Virus record (IMG/VR): IMGVR_UViG_3300031420_000399
Origin: a virus
Taxonomy: Duplodnaviria; Heunggongvirae; Uroviricota; Caudoviricetes
Length of the DNA: 64,000 nucleotides
Reading direction: 5' to 3' (one strand)
Positions 18,539-28,322 of the stretch are shown piece by piece; within the stretch, counting starts at the first letter, position 1, and every line of letters starts with the position of its first letter. The position numbers and the translations under genes are program-made. The notes beneath the pieces were generated by a model, which worked only from the letters and a program-made list of their open reading frames with translations, did no database searches and had not been told where the DNA came from.

Positions 18539-18730
18539 CGCCAGGCGCCTTCCTAAGCCCTCGGGGATCATTGACCGCACACACGCCGACCTTCGGTGAC
18601 TTCCTCACTCCTAGGGACGGTTGCTCGCCACTGAGATTTACTCGGGACGAGCTTCCGAAAAGGTTTCTCAGGCTCTGGGCACGATAGGATCACAGACAGA
18701 GCAGACGCTCGCAGACTGGAGGAAAGGGCC

Positions 18731-19039
18731 ATGGCTCAAAAGCCGGAAGTGGATAGTGAGCTCGACGGCTACCGTAGGATGGCCGGAGAGGTCTATAGGA
18801 TCCTTCAGCGCAATCGACCGGAACAGAAGCCCCATCGGTACAGCGATGAGTCCAGGCGGCTTGCTCAACAGCTCGCTGAGAAGATTCAGCTCAGGCTCGA
18901 ACGAGACGGTCGCACGCTGACTCGAGACCCCGAGAGCGGGCGCTACACCATCGTAGATCTTCCTCCAGCTGCACCACAGGTAGTCAAGGCGCAGCCGACC
19001 GAGCGGCGCTCTCTCTGGAATAAACTTCTTGGTCGATAA
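18731..19039 (+). CDS. hypothetical protein
   Basis: GGAGGA SD. Confidence 0.7.
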   Translation: MAQKPEVDSELDGYRRMAGEVYRILQRNRPEQKPHRYSDESRRLAQQLAEKIQLRLERDGRTLTRDPESGRYTIVDLPPAAPQVVKAQPTERRSLWNKLLGR

Positions 19040-19067
19040 GGACTACTGATCCTAGAGGAGGACAGCC

Positions 19068-19664
19068 ATGAGCGAAGGCACTCGGAAGATCTTCGAAGCG
19101 ATGGAAGAGGGAGGCGCACTCACTACGCCCGGCCACTCGATTGCAACGGCGGCCGTGGGCTGGGGTGAACCGCAGACTCTCTTCGCAGATTGCTCTTGCG
19201 GAGAGGAAGCGATCCCGGTAGAGGAGGACTTCGGCGCCGAAGGACCTGCTCTCATCCCCACCCTCATTCCCTTCGTGGAGAAGTACGGCAGAGACGCCCT
19301 AAACCACGGAAGTCGAGTCTTCGGTGACTGGGAAACTCTGGCTCGACAGTGTGTAGCTCACATGGAGGCTACGGGCGGTAGTCTCGAGGCTAGAATCACC
19401 GATGCCCGAGAAAGACTCGACAGTGCTCAGGAACTGCTTCAGGCTCAGCTCGCCGGCGACTTTGGCACAGGTGCCCAGGGTCATCCGGTGCTTTCTGCAG
19501 CAGCCCTGACTGCAGCTGCTAGGGACATCGAAGCGCTAACCCTCGCCATCGATCTCACTGAACGAGTGGAGCTCCCCGAGATAGTGCCCGTGACCCCAGA
19601 AAGTGAAGCGGCCTATCAGGCAGCTCTGAAGGCTCAGTACCCTGAGATGAAGGGCCCTTACTGA
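19068..19664 (+). CDS. hypothetical protein
   Basis: GAGGAGG SD. Confidence 0.8.
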   Translation: MSEGTRKIFEAMEEGGALTTPGHSIATAAVGWGEPQTLFADCSCGEEAIPVEEDFGAEGPALIPTLIPFVEKYGRDALNHGSRVFGDWETLARQCVAHMEATGGSLEARITDARERLDSAQELLQAQLAGDFGTGAQGHPVLSAAALTAAARDIEALTLAIDLTERVELPEIVPVTPESEAAYQAALKAQYPEMKGPY

Positions 19665-19672
19665 GCTCGCTG

Positions 19673-19702
19673 TTGACAGCTGCGCTCAGAGTGACATAGG
19701 AT
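19673..19702 (+). promoter_or_regulatory. sigma70-type promoter, leaderless
   Basis: TTGACA-N18-TAGGAT; ATG 6 nt downstream. Confidence 0.8.
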
Positions 19703-19708
19703 GACCCT

Positions 19709-20458
19709 ATGCTGAACACCACCGTAGAGCTCAACGACTTCACCGCTGCCCGGGTCATCGAGGACTCCACCGCAGAGGATCCCCGCATCACCAACCTCGA
19801 GGGTGACGCCGCGGAGGGCATCTTCATCCTCGACATCGGTGGTGACCTCGCCAACGCCAAGGTCATCGAGCCCGGCTGGTTCAAGACCTTCCAGGAGATC
19901 AGCCACCGGCACAGCGCTCGCAAGGCCGTCCGGGCCATGAACATCCTCCGAGGGCTCGGCGCCGACATCCCTGCTTCCATCGATCTTCGGCTCTACCAGG
20001 GCCACGCCCAGAGCGACTGGGCAGATCTCGTGATCTCAGGGCCCACCGCTGAGGTCGCACAGGGTGCCTACGAGACCTTCGCTGCCTGGGCCCGAGGCGA
20101 TGTCTACGGCATCCTCATCGAGCGCAAGTGCCCGGTCACCGGGGACTGGTTCAGCTCCGAGGATGACCTCCCACTCTTTGGTATCTACTGCACCAAGGAC
20201 CTGGAGTTCTACGAGGAGGTTCGCGCTGTGGCTGCTGAGCACTTCGATCTCGAGGCCCGGCCGATCTCCGAGGCTGGTAGGCTCGACCAGGAGCGAGACA
20301 CGGCCAAGGACTCCATCCGCGAGCTCCTGGGCTACTTCAAGACCCTGGAGGACCAGGACGGCGGCAGCAGCGAACTCAGCAACGCCGCCCGGGAGATCAT
20401 CATCGCTCAGGCCAAGCTCATCAGCTCCCTGGAGGATGAGCTCGCAGAGCTCCGCTGA
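19709..20458 (+). CDS. phage-type hypothetical protein with C-terminal coiled coil
   Basis: AWARGDVYGILIE motif; strong C3 bias. Confidence 0.85.
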   Translation: MLNTTVELNDFTAARVIEDSTAEDPRITNLEGDAAEGIFILDIGGDLANAKVIEPGWFKTFQEISHRHSARKAVRAMNILRGLGADIPASIDLRLYQGHAQSDWADLVISGPTAEVAQGAYETFAAWARGDVYGILIERKCPVTGDWFSSEDDLPLFGIYCTKDLEFYEEVRAVAAEHFDLEARPISEAGRLDQERDTAKDSIRELLGYFKTLEDQDGGSSELSNAAREIIIAQAKLISSLEDELAELR

Positions 20459-20512
20459 GCTGACCTTTGGCCTCCGCCACAATCTTCCTACAGCTTCGAG
20501 AAGGAGTACCCC

Positions 20513-21199
20513 TTGGACTACACAGAAATTGCTATCCCCGCGGGCTGGGATGGGCTCACTGAGCTCCCTGCTGAGCCGAAGCTCCGAGAGCTTCGTTTCA
20601 CGGATCACAATCCAAAGGAGTGGCGCTTCAGCCGCCCGATGGGCTCAGAGATCTTCTTCACGGTGAACATCAAGAAGGAGGGGATCGACGGAGGCAACGG
20701 TCGTCTGCTGCACGCCTACAAGGAGCTCATCATCGATGAGGACTTCGGCCAGCCAACGCCTCTGGGTGGAATGAACCCCGAGTTCCGGGCTAGCGTCCTC
20801 GCTAGAGTCTCCGGAGCACTCAAGGAGCTGCGCCAGGCGGGAATCTCCGTCACGGTCAACCCCGGCCAGTACTACTGGGAAGACTGGGATGGAGGGCTCC
20901 TCGCCGGAGCCGAGGGTGAGCTCGATCTCGTCGATCTCCAGGGCATCCGGAAGCACTCGGAAGAGTTCGAAGATGAGGAACCAGCAGAGCAGGAGAGCGG
21001 AGTTCTTCAGCTGAGCAACAGCGAGGCCGTAGCGCCCATCGGCATCACGGCTCAGGAGCTCAAGCAGATCGCCGATCTCATCGACTCGGAGATCGAGAAC
21101 CTGAGCTGGGACTCCCTTGCCCACAGCATGACGGCAGGTGAGTATGTGGCTCCCACGGTGATCCGAGCCTACCTGAAGCTCATCGGTGAGAAGAAGTAG
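20513..21199 (+). CDS. acidic hypothetical protein
   Basis: AGAAGGAG SD before a TTG start. Confidence 0.8.
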   Translation: MDYTEIAIPAGWDGLTELPAEPKLRELRFTDHNPKEWRFSRPMGSEIFFTVNIKKEGIDGGNGRLLHAYKELIIDEDFGQPTPLGGMNPEFRASVLARVSGALKELRQAGISVTVNPGQYYWEDWDGGLLAGAEGELDLVDLQGIRKHSEEFEDEEPAEQESGVLQLSNSEAVAPIGITAQELKQIADLIDSEIENLSWDSLAHSMTAGEYVAPTVIRAYLKLIGEKK

Positions 21200-21254
21200 C
21201 CGTCGATAGGTTAGGTACCGGATCACGGACCTACGCCTAGAGAAGGAACTCACC

Positions 21255-21599
21255 ATGCCAGATCTGCAGCACTACGGCCTCATCCTCACCGATCCCCTCG
21301 GCGAGGATATCTACGCCTACAGCTTCACCGACGAGGAGCTCTGGCTCTGGGTAGATGAGCATGTGAGCTTCGAGGATGGAGAGCCCAGTAGGCGCATCGC
21401 TATTCCCGGACTTGATCGAACCATCTCAGTGACGGCTGGCTCCTGGTACAACGACAAGCTCCTAGCGCTGACTTCAGCCGATCGTGGCCATCCTCACCCC
21501 AATCTCAACGAGGTCGAGGGTTACGACTACGACACAGTCTTCAGTAAGCTCCTCAACCTCGCAGGCCGCGATTACATCCTCGAGGGCCTGATCTACTAG
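21255..21599 (+). CDS. hypothetical protein
   Basis: AGAAGGA SD. Confidence 0.8.
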   Translation: MPDLQHYGLILTDPLGEDIYAYSFTDEELWLWVDEHVSFEDGEPSRRIAIPGLDRTISVTAGSWYNDKLLALTSADRGHPHPNLNEVEGYDYDTVFSKLLNLAGRDYILEGLIY

Positions 21600-21656
21600 A
21601 CCTACTCAGGCGCTTAATGCGTCCAACCGACCGAACCCGAACGCAGGAGAAATCCC

Positions 21657-21968
21657 ATGAAGCTCTCAGAGGCACAGGCCGACTACCGGCCCAAGAGCTC
21701 CGCTTCCAAGCCCAATGACAACCGGCGGCTCAAGAGCTACCTCAAGGGACAGCTCCGCAACGAGGCGGAGCGCACCCTCGGCGAACCCTGGCAGGAGATC
21801 GTCGAGAACTACCGGGATGAGTTCCTCTTCGAGGGTGCTCCGGTGGATGGCACGGCTACTCTTGTGCTCCGAGTTCGCACGGGCTGCACTGGCTTCGGTG
21901 GCAACCGGCGACCCCGCTCCGACCTCTGGCTGAAGCATGCCCAGAGCGAGCTCTTCGAGAAGAACTGA
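21657..21968 (+). CDS. hypothetical protein
   Basis: AGGAG SD. Confidence 0.8.
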   Translation: MKLSEAQADYRPKSSASKPNDNRRLKSYLKGQLRNEAERTLGEPWQEIVENYRDEFLFEGAPVDGTATLVLRVRTGCTGFGGNRRPRSDLWLKHAQSELFEKN

Positions 21969-22011
21969 CCTCGGCTACGAATCCACAGCAAGAGCAGAAA
22001 GACTACCCGCT

Positions 22012-22953
22012 ATGGTGTCCTACATCTTCCCAGCGAACCCTCTAGGAGGCCACTCCTGGACCGTGGACGACCACTTCTCCCTGGAGTGTGCAACCGTCGC
22101 GGGCTTCAATCCTGTCGCTCTCCTGGACAGCTACAGCCTCGGCGATCGGATACCCCGGCTCAAGCTCCCCGACGACTTCGACAACTCGGTGGTCTACCGG
22201 GGCTGGATGCTCACAGAGGCTGAGTACAGGAGACTTCAGGCTGTTGTGGAGTCCCGGGGCTTCGCCATGGCGACGAGCGCAGAGCACTACATGCGAGCCC
22301 ATAGCATCCGAGGCTGGATCGACAGCTTCGAGGGACTCACGGCTCCCACTGTGCTCATCCCCGCGAGCGCTGGCCGGGCTGACATCCTGGCTGCGGCTGC
22401 TTCGATCCCCTCTGACCATGGCTTCTTCCTCAAGGGTGAATCCAAGTCAGAGCAGGGTCTCAGCTACGCCGCAGATGGGGAAGCGCTCTTCGACCTGATC
22501 CGAGAGTTCCTCGACTACTCAGCTACATCCGAGGACGGGACGCTGGCACTTCGAAGCTTCCTTCCTCTGGATAGGCGAGTCGCCGAGATTCGGAGCTGGT
22601 GGATCGGCGGAGAGGTCGTGGTTCATCCCCTCCATCCCAACTTCGAGGGCGGAGAGCTCATCAATCCGCTGAGGCTGAGCTCCGAGCTGCGACCCGGCCT
22701 TGAGGCATTCCTTAAGAAGCTCCAGCCTGGCATCAGAAGCCTGGAGAATCGTTTCCTCACGGCTGACATCGCGCTCACCGATGCTGGAGATTGGACGCTC
22801 ATCGAGATCGGTGACGGTCAGGTGTCTGGGCTCAGCAGGAGCTATGAGGCTGAGGATTACCGCTACCTTTACAGGATCTTCAGCGAGGAGATCGAGGACA
22901 GCTTCCGGCCCGAGGATGAACGACTGGTCAACCTGATGAGAAGATCCAGCTGA
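22012..22953 (+). CDS. ATP-grasp domain protein (R2K/DUF4343-like)
   Basis: VVYRGWMLT..Y, FFLKGESKS, EIRSWW, FLTADIA..GDWTLIEIGDGQVSGL. Confidence 0.8.
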   Translation: MVSYIFPANPLGGHSWTVDDHFSLECATVAGFNPVALLDSYSLGDRIPRLKLPDDFDNSVVYRGWMLTEAEYRRLQAVVESRGFAMATSAEHYMRAHSIRGWIDSFEGLTAPTVLIPASAGRADILAAAASIPSDHGFFLKGESKSEQGLSYAADGEALFDLIREFLDYSATSEDGTLALRSFLPLDRRVAEIRSWWIGGEVVVHPLHPNFEGGELINPLRLSSELRPGLEAFLKKLQPGIRSLENRFLTADIALTDAGDWTLIEIGDGQVSGLSRSYEAEDYRYLYRIFSEEIEDSFRPEDERLVNLMRRSS

Positions 22954-22995
22954 TCGGCAGTTGACAGGTCGTGGGTAGGCGATTAGCATTGAACC

Positions 22996-23259
22996 ATGCC
23001 GAACAACATCACTGATTCTGCTCCCATCGTCGCGGACATCGAGTTCGCTCTCACCGCTGTCAACGACCGGCTCGAGGACTTCTCACGGGAGATGCACAAC
23101 CAGGGCTTCCCGGTGATCAGCGCCAACCTCGAACTTGGCGTTGTCCGCGTGGATGCCGGTTCTGACCCCGATGACTACAGTGTCCTCATGGCCGCTTCGG
23201 AGGCTGCGCAGTCCGTGGGTATCTCCGAGCAGGACCTTCTCTACGCCGAGATCGTCTGA
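22996..23259 (+). CDS. small acidic hypothetical protein
   Basis: Leaderless TTGACA(22961)-N17-TAGCAT promoter. Confidence 0.85.
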   Translation: MPNNITDSAPIVADIEFALTAVNDRLEDFSREMHNQGFPVISANLELGVVRVDAGSDPDDYSVLMAASEAAQSVGISEQDLLYAEIV

Positions 23260-23277
23260 TCCCACCCAACAACAGCC

Positions 23278-23320
23278 GAGGGGCTGCCGAACTGTATTTT
23301 CAGCAGTTCGGCAGCCCCTC
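23278..23320. terminator. bidirectional terminator between convergent genes
   Basis: Perfect 17-bp stem GAGGGGCTGCCGAACTG / CAGTTCGGCAGCCCCTC. Confidence 0.85.
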
Positions 23321-23338
23321 ACTCTGTGAGCTACAGGA

Positions 23339-23833
23339 TCATCGCCATCTCTTGTCGCGCTCTTCCATCTCGAGCTCAGTGCGGTAGAGGTTGGCTATCA
23401 GCTTCATGCCATCAAGGCTACCTGAGTTCGTGGTTCTGACAACTTCGGGGAATACTCCCCTAAATGCGTTGGGTCGAAGCTCCATGAGATCTTCGAGTCC
23501 AGCGCGGGGCTCTCCCTCGGCGAGTTCCCGGGTTCGCTCCGAAAGAACAAACCGGACAGCCTCCCCGAGTACGGGGTCGCTAGTGTGAGGAGCCGTGAGC
23601 ATTAGGGCGCGCTCAATGGTGTGCCCCATGCTGGAGAAAAGCGTGATGCGTTCGCAGAACACGATGAGCGCTCCATAGTCGGCAACGCCCTCCACAGCAC
23701 TGGGAGGATACACTCGAACGGCCGACGGCTTTGGAGCCTCGCCGGCAAGGGCCCGGGCCGCGACGGAGTAGGGCTCACCGGTCTCTTCCATGCGGGCCCT
23801 GGTGGCGCTCTTGGAAAAGCTGTTCTTGGTCAT
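23339..23833 (-). CDS. hypothetical protein with actinobacterial RARM..TGE.Y N-terminal motif
   Basis: TRARMEETGEPYSVAARAL; convergent with 22996..23259 across a terminator. Confidence 0.7.
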   Translation of the reverse strand: MTKNSFSKSATRARMEETGEPYSVAARALAGEAPKPSAVRVYPPSAVEGVADYGALIVFCERITLFSSMGHTIERALMLTAPHTSDPVLGEAVRFVLSERTRELAEGEPRAGLEDLMELRPNAFRGVFPEVVRTTNSGSLDGMKLIANLYRTELEMEERDKRWR

Positions 23834-24079
23834 GGTCTTCTGCTCTCTGGGTATCAGCCTACACCTGATCCCGGAACTCGAAGGAATGAACTACTGGGAA
23901 CAGTCGGTCGACAGGATCCGCGGGACCTTGCTCTTCAGATGAGCTCTGCCGTGTAGGAGCGCTGCTCTGAGACGGGCCACTGCCTGGCCCACAGCTCCAT
24001 AGTAACGAAGACCCCTTTGCCTTCATGGAGTTGAACTGAGCTATTGCACCGAGAGGCTTGACGGTGTACCGTTGGCCCC

Positions 24080-24367
24080 ATGGACACCACAACCGTAGAA
24101 ACTGCACGCCGCAAGCTTCAGGCAGCCCAGGGAGAGCTTGATCGAGCCATCCTCGAGGAGCAGAAGCTTTCCACCTTCGAGCGCACGGGAACCACTCACC
24201 TTCTCATGGCGGTTCACATGACCTTCGGTCAGTTTGTCGACTACAGCGAAGAGGGTGAAGCTGTCGCTGCCTTTTCGACTCGAGAAGAGGCAGAGCGCTA
24301 CATGGAGACCTTCGATCACCCTTCGGGGCTTGCCTTCGTTGTCCGAGAAATCCCGCTCTACAGCTGA
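24080..24367 (+). CDS. hypothetical protein
   Basis: Leaderless TTGCAC-N17-TACCGT promoter; MDTTT start. Confidence 0.8.
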   Translation: MDTTTVETARRKLQAAQGELDRAILEEQKLSTFERTGTTHLLMAVHMTFGQFVDYSEEGEAVAAFSTREEAERYMETFDHPSGLAFVVREIPLYS

Positions 24368-24528
24368 GAGCTCACCTTTGCCCTTCATGCTCACAGCCTA
24401 AGGTAGGCTCGAGGCTCCCCTAGATGGCTTCAGCCACGCAGGGGCTGTCGCCTAAGACACTTTCAGTGCACTTCCGCACAACCTCACCGATCGAGCCTAC
24501 TGAGGGCTCAGAAGCCAGGAGAGTCATC

Positions 24529-24849
24529 ATGGCCAAGGACTTCACAGTCGAAGGTCTCACGGAGCTTGCAGCCAAGCACCGGCAGCGCTCCCGCCACACG
24601 GCGCTGACGACAGCTGACCGCAAGGTCTACATCGACACGGCCAATGCCCTGGAGCAGGCGGTCGCTACCCTGAAGGCAATGGAGAAGGTTCTCACCGACC
24701 CCGAGCCGGATGGTATCCCCAGTGAGCCCCGAGCTCACTACTATGACCACGGGCTCGAGTGTGACTCCATCGCCTGGGGCTACGACGGCATCGAAGGTGA
24801 CAGTGGCATGCCCTGCGACTGCTGGATCAGCGTGCTCCAGGCCAAGTAG
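24529..24849 (+). CDS. hypothetical protein
   Basis: AGGAG SD before ATG 24529. Confidence 0.8.
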   Translation: MAKDFTVEGLTELAAKHRQRSRHTALTTADRKVYIDTANALEQAVATLKAMEKVLTDPEPDGIPSEPRAHYYDHGLECDSIAWGYDGIEGDSGMPCDCWISVLQAK

Positions 24850-24914
24850 ATCGTATTCACCGCGATAGGTTTCACCTAGAACTTCCCCGCCATCCACCGA
24901 TTCGAGGAGTCCCC

Positions 24915-25049
24915 ATGAGCAAAACCCTGGGCAAGCATGCCTTCATCGAAACCAAGGGCTGGCGCCACCGGGCTAGCCTGAAGATCAAGCAGCGGCGCAT
25001 CAACCGTCGCCGGGAGGATAAGAGCTGGAAGCAGGCCTCGGAGGGCTGA
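24915..25049 (+). CDS. 44-aa very basic protein (not in the ORF track)
   Basis: GAGGAG SD; MSKTLGKHAFIETKGWRHRASLKIKQRRINRRREDKSWKQASEG. Confidence 0.65.
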   Translation: MSKTLGKHAFIETKGWRHRASLKIKQRRINRRREDKSWKQASEG

Positions 25050-25137
25050 GCTCTCAGTTCCTTTGCACCATTGGCTTTGGCCGTCTCGATAGAATGATGT
25101 CGAGACGGCCAAAGACCTTTGAGATGGAGCAAGACAG

Positions 25138-25689
25138 ATGCGAGTAGCCACAGACGGATCCTGCCTAAAGAATCCGGGCGGTAAGACCGGCTGGGCCTGG
25201 GTGGCCGAGGATGGTCGCTGGCAGTCTGGCAGCCTCCCCGAGGGCTCCAACAACATCGGAGAGCTCATGGCTGCCATCGCAGCACTCCATGCCCACCGGA
25301 GTGTGGAAACGCTCCATCTGGAGATCGACTCTCAGTATGTGCTCAACATCGCTCAGAAGTGGGGCGTAGCCTGGCGGCGCAAGGGCTGGAAGAAGGCCAA
25401 CGGTGAGCCCGTCGCAAACATCAAGCTCGTCTCCCGGCTCCTTGACCTCGTGGACCGTCCGGGGCTGACTATGCAATGGGTCAAAGGTCACAGTGGCCAC
25501 TGGCTCAACGAGCTCACCGACGAGCGTGCAGGTTCAGCAGCTCGCCAACAGACTCCAACAACCAAGGGACGCTTCACTCCAGATGAGATCGCAGATGCGG
25601 TGCTCGCTGACGGTGATGCCAAGGCTGCAGCGGCCAAGAAGCGCGCAGCAAAGAAGGACGCAGCGAAGCCCAAGCCAAAGGACTCCTAG
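25138..25689 (+). CDS. rnhA: ribonuclease HI
   Basis: TDGSC..NPGG..GW, NNIGELMA, IDSQY, WVKGHSGH..NE..D: all catalytic motifs present. Confidence 0.95.
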   Translation: MRVATDGSCLKNPGGKTGWAWVAEDGRWQSGSLPEGSNNIGELMAAIAALHAHRSVETLHLEIDSQYVLNIAQKWGVAWRRKGWKKANGEPVANIKLVSRLLDLVDRPGLTMQWVKGHSGHWLNELTDERAGSAARQQTPTTKGRFTPDEIADAVLADGDAKAAAAKKRAAKKDAAKPKPKDS

Positions 25690-25738
25690 GATCTTCGGCT
25701 CGTTAGATAGCTCTCCGTAGCCAATCGAGGGAGCAGCC

Positions 25739-27193
25739 ATGGCCAAGGGACAAATCCATCTCACACCCGATGGACCAGCTCCCTGCTCTGCCGACCCCGC
25801 AAAGCCCGGAGCTCGCGGTTGCCCCTACGGAGCCGGAGGTCACTTTGCCACTGAGTCTGAGGCAGAACAGGCCTACCAGAAACTCATGGAAGCACAAGGG
25901 CTCGATTCGCTGGGTTCTAGCTCATCGTCCCTGAGTGATCTACGCCGAAAGCTTCAGGCGCTGAACGGAGCTGGATCACCGAGGCTCGAAGAGCTTCAGG
26001 ATCTCGGCAGTCGCATCGAACATGAGATCCTAGCCCGGGCGGGCATCGAGGTGGATCGGGACGACTTGAGCCCGGAGGAGCTAGCCGTGCTAGCCAAGAG
26101 TGCCTCGAGCGTGCTCCGAGAAATCCAGGGTGAGCCCGTGGTCCTCCGCAGCAAGTTCCACGGCCCCTTCGCCAAGCAGCTCAAGGAGGCTCTAGCTCCC
26201 GTGCCCAGTGGAGCCGCTTACCTGGTCTACGGGGATGTCCACACGGAGACGGTGAACGCTCGCAACGGATCCAGAGATGGGTTCCACATCCAGCAGGCTG
26301 CTATCATGGCTCCCGCATCGGTCGAATCCAAGAGCCCCCTGAAGGTCAGCGCACTGGCAGTCCGTGGGGACTTTGTGGTGGACTCCTCCATCGCTGTACG
26401 CCATGAGATCGAGAGCGGAGGGCTCCAGGGCTTCGCCGTGGATCGCATCGAACGAGGTGTGGGAGAGCGACTCCAGGAAGGCGACAGCGTGCTCCACGCT
26501 ATCCGCCAGAACCGGGCAGATGATCGCTTCATCGAGCTTCTCCAGGAGAAGGTTCTTGACTCGGATGGAGTGATCCTCCCCGGTCAGACCGAGCGTTTCC
26601 GGGAGCTCGCTCCGGAGCTCCTGGAGTCGGCAGAGGGTTCAGCAGTTGTCTCCAGCTTCTATGCTGGTAGAAAGCCCACGGGTGCCATCGCTCGAGGAAA
26701 GCGCTACCGGAAGGTGGCCAAGGACTTCGAGCTCAAGGACGACCGGGGTGAGAGCTACGGTGTCGGGCTCGATCTCTATGAGGTCCAGGAGAAGCGGCTG
26801 AGCTTCCGGGACCACACCATCGGCACTAAGCGCTACGGCGGCGACAACAACGCCCAGAACTCAGTGCTCCTCCATGAGTTCGGCCACGCCATCCAGTCAG
26901 CCCGATCCGGTGGCATTCCCGGTGAGAGGGAGCTCTTCCAGAAGATCTATCCCCAGGGTGAGCGCATCAAGGATGATGGCTACGAGCGCTTCAGTGGCTT
27001 CCCCGACGACTACATGGGAGATGTGGGCGGCCGGGAGGTCTTCACCCGGGCCACCGAGGGTCTCTTCTATCCGCAGTACTCGGGCAATGAGTACCTCTAC
27101 GACGGCTCCGAACGCAGCCAGGAGGTTCGTCGCTGGGCTCTAGGGACCTGGGCATTCCTCAGCGCAGAGGGGCTCAAGACGAGCAAGGGCTAA
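25739..27193 (+). CDS. protein with N-terminal H-C-C-H tag and C-terminal HExxH zinc metallopeptidase-like domain
   Basis: First ~55 aa shared with 52845..53681; VLLHEFGHAIQ..REVFTRATEGLF. Confidence 0.75.
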   Translation: MAKGQIHLTPDGPAPCSADPAKPGARGCPYGAGGHFATESEAEQAYQKLMEAQGLDSLGSSSSSLSDLRRKLQALNGAGSPRLEELQDLGSRIEHEILARAGIEVDRDDLSPEELAVLAKSASSVLREIQGEPVVLRSKFHGPFAKQLKEALAPVPSGAAYLVYGDVHTETVNARNGSRDGFHIQQAAIMAPASVESKSPLKVSALAVRGDFVVDSSIAVRHEIESGGLQGFAVDRIERGVGERLQEGDSVLHAIRQNRADDRFIELLQEKVLDSDGVILPGQTERFRELAPELLESAEGSAVVSSFYAGRKPTGAIARGKRYRKVAKDFELKDDRGESYGVGLDLYEVQEKRLSFRDHTIGTKRYGGDNNAQNSVLLHEFGHAIQSARSGGIPGERELFQKIYPQGERIKDDGYERFSGFPDDYMGDVGGREVFTRATEGLFYPQYSGNEYLYDGSERSQEVRRWALGTWAFLSAEGLKTSKG

Positions 27194-27324
27194 GGCTAAG
27201 CCCCAGATGCCCGAGATGAGCCCCTAGATTCTCCTTCTCGAAATCTGTGGTTGCTAGAGCATGGAGCTCATGATAGGGTCGGGCTGAAGCCACTGCACAG
27301 ATAAATCTGAAACGAGACACCTCT

Positions 27325-27663
27325 ATGGTTGACATCGCACCTGAAGATCACCACGCCTCCAACTGGAAGAGCTGGCTCGAGGACAAGGATGGAAACTTCG
27401 ATGAGGAGGAGCTCCCCTGGTACGGCCACGGGGAGGATAGCCCGCAATACGGACCCGGTGTCCCTCCGGCTGCACAGACAGAGGCAGCCCGGCGCTTCGT
27501 GAGTAGCTGGCTCAACGAAGATGGTCACGGCTTTGTCATCCCCGGGAGCGAGTGGGGCCTTTCGCTGAAGCACTGGCTCCACATCCTCGTAGCCCGGCCC
27601 GCAGAGGATGGCCGAGCACCAGATCCTACGACAGCACCCGTCTCCCAGGAAGAGGGCAGCTGA
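27325..27663 (+). CDS. acidic hypothetical protein
   Basis: Co-oriented, typical codon bias. Confidence 0.75.
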   Translation: MVDIAPEDHHASNWKSWLEDKDGNFDEEELPWYGHGEDSPQYGPGVPPAAQTEAARRFVSSWLNEDGHGFVIPGSEWGLSLKHWLHILVARPAEDGRAPDPTTAPVSQEEGS

Positions 27664-28031
27664 TGGAGAGCGGTCACCAGTTCAGCCCAGAGTCCAGGGA
27701 GCGCTTCGAGGCGGTCAAGCCCGAGAACTACAAGCGAGAGCTCCGCCGGCTCGGGAGGAAGACCTTCGAGGCTCAGTTCCTCTTCGGGTTCGTGCTCTTC
27801 CTCGGCGCCATCAGTCCGCTCTTCGCGCTGGCCATCGCTTCGATGAGCGGAGGCTTCGCCCTCTTCTGGGTGATCCTCATGGGAGTCTGCCTGGTGAAGG
27901 CATTCCGAAGGATCGAGAACCCTATAGTGCTCATGGAGGTTCGCCAGCTCATCCTTGAGGCCAAGTACAAGGCAGAGGTCGCTGACCCCATCGCAGATGC
28001 TCTGAGGGAGACCCGGGAAGAGAACAAGTGA
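27663..28031 (+). CDS. membrane protein
   Basis: TGATG coupling; two TM helices. Confidence 0.8.
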   Translation: MESGHQFSPESRERFEAVKPENYKRELRRLGRKTFEAQFLFGFVLFLGAISPLFALAIASMSGGFALFWVILMGVCLVKAFRRIENPIVLMEVRQLILEAKYKAEVADPIADALRETREENK

Positions 28032-28273
28032 TCGAGCAGCAGGCTCCACAGAGAGCCGACCACAGTCTCCTCAAGGGCGGTGCGATCACCCTCCTGCTAG
28101 GGTTCTTCGCCACAGCAGGAGGCTCCATCTGGACCATTCTCAGCCCCGTCGGCGGAGGCGTAAACTTCGGAGCAGGTTTACTCTACGAGGGCGGCATGCT
28201 TGCAGGTCTCGTAGGCGCAGTGCTCACGATTGCGGGACTCAGTGAGCTCCACAGGGCTGATCGGAAGGGCTAG
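28028..28273 (+). CDS. small membrane protein
   Basis: GTGA overlap; two TM helices. Confidence 0.75.
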   Translation: MIEQQAPQRADHSLLKGGAITLLLGFFATAGGSIWTILSPVGGGVNFGAGLLYEGGMLAGLVGAVLTIAGLSELHRADRKG

Positions 28274-28322
28274 ATCATCCGTTGATCTTGGTACTCTAGC
28301 CCCGAAAGAAGGAGAACACCCC

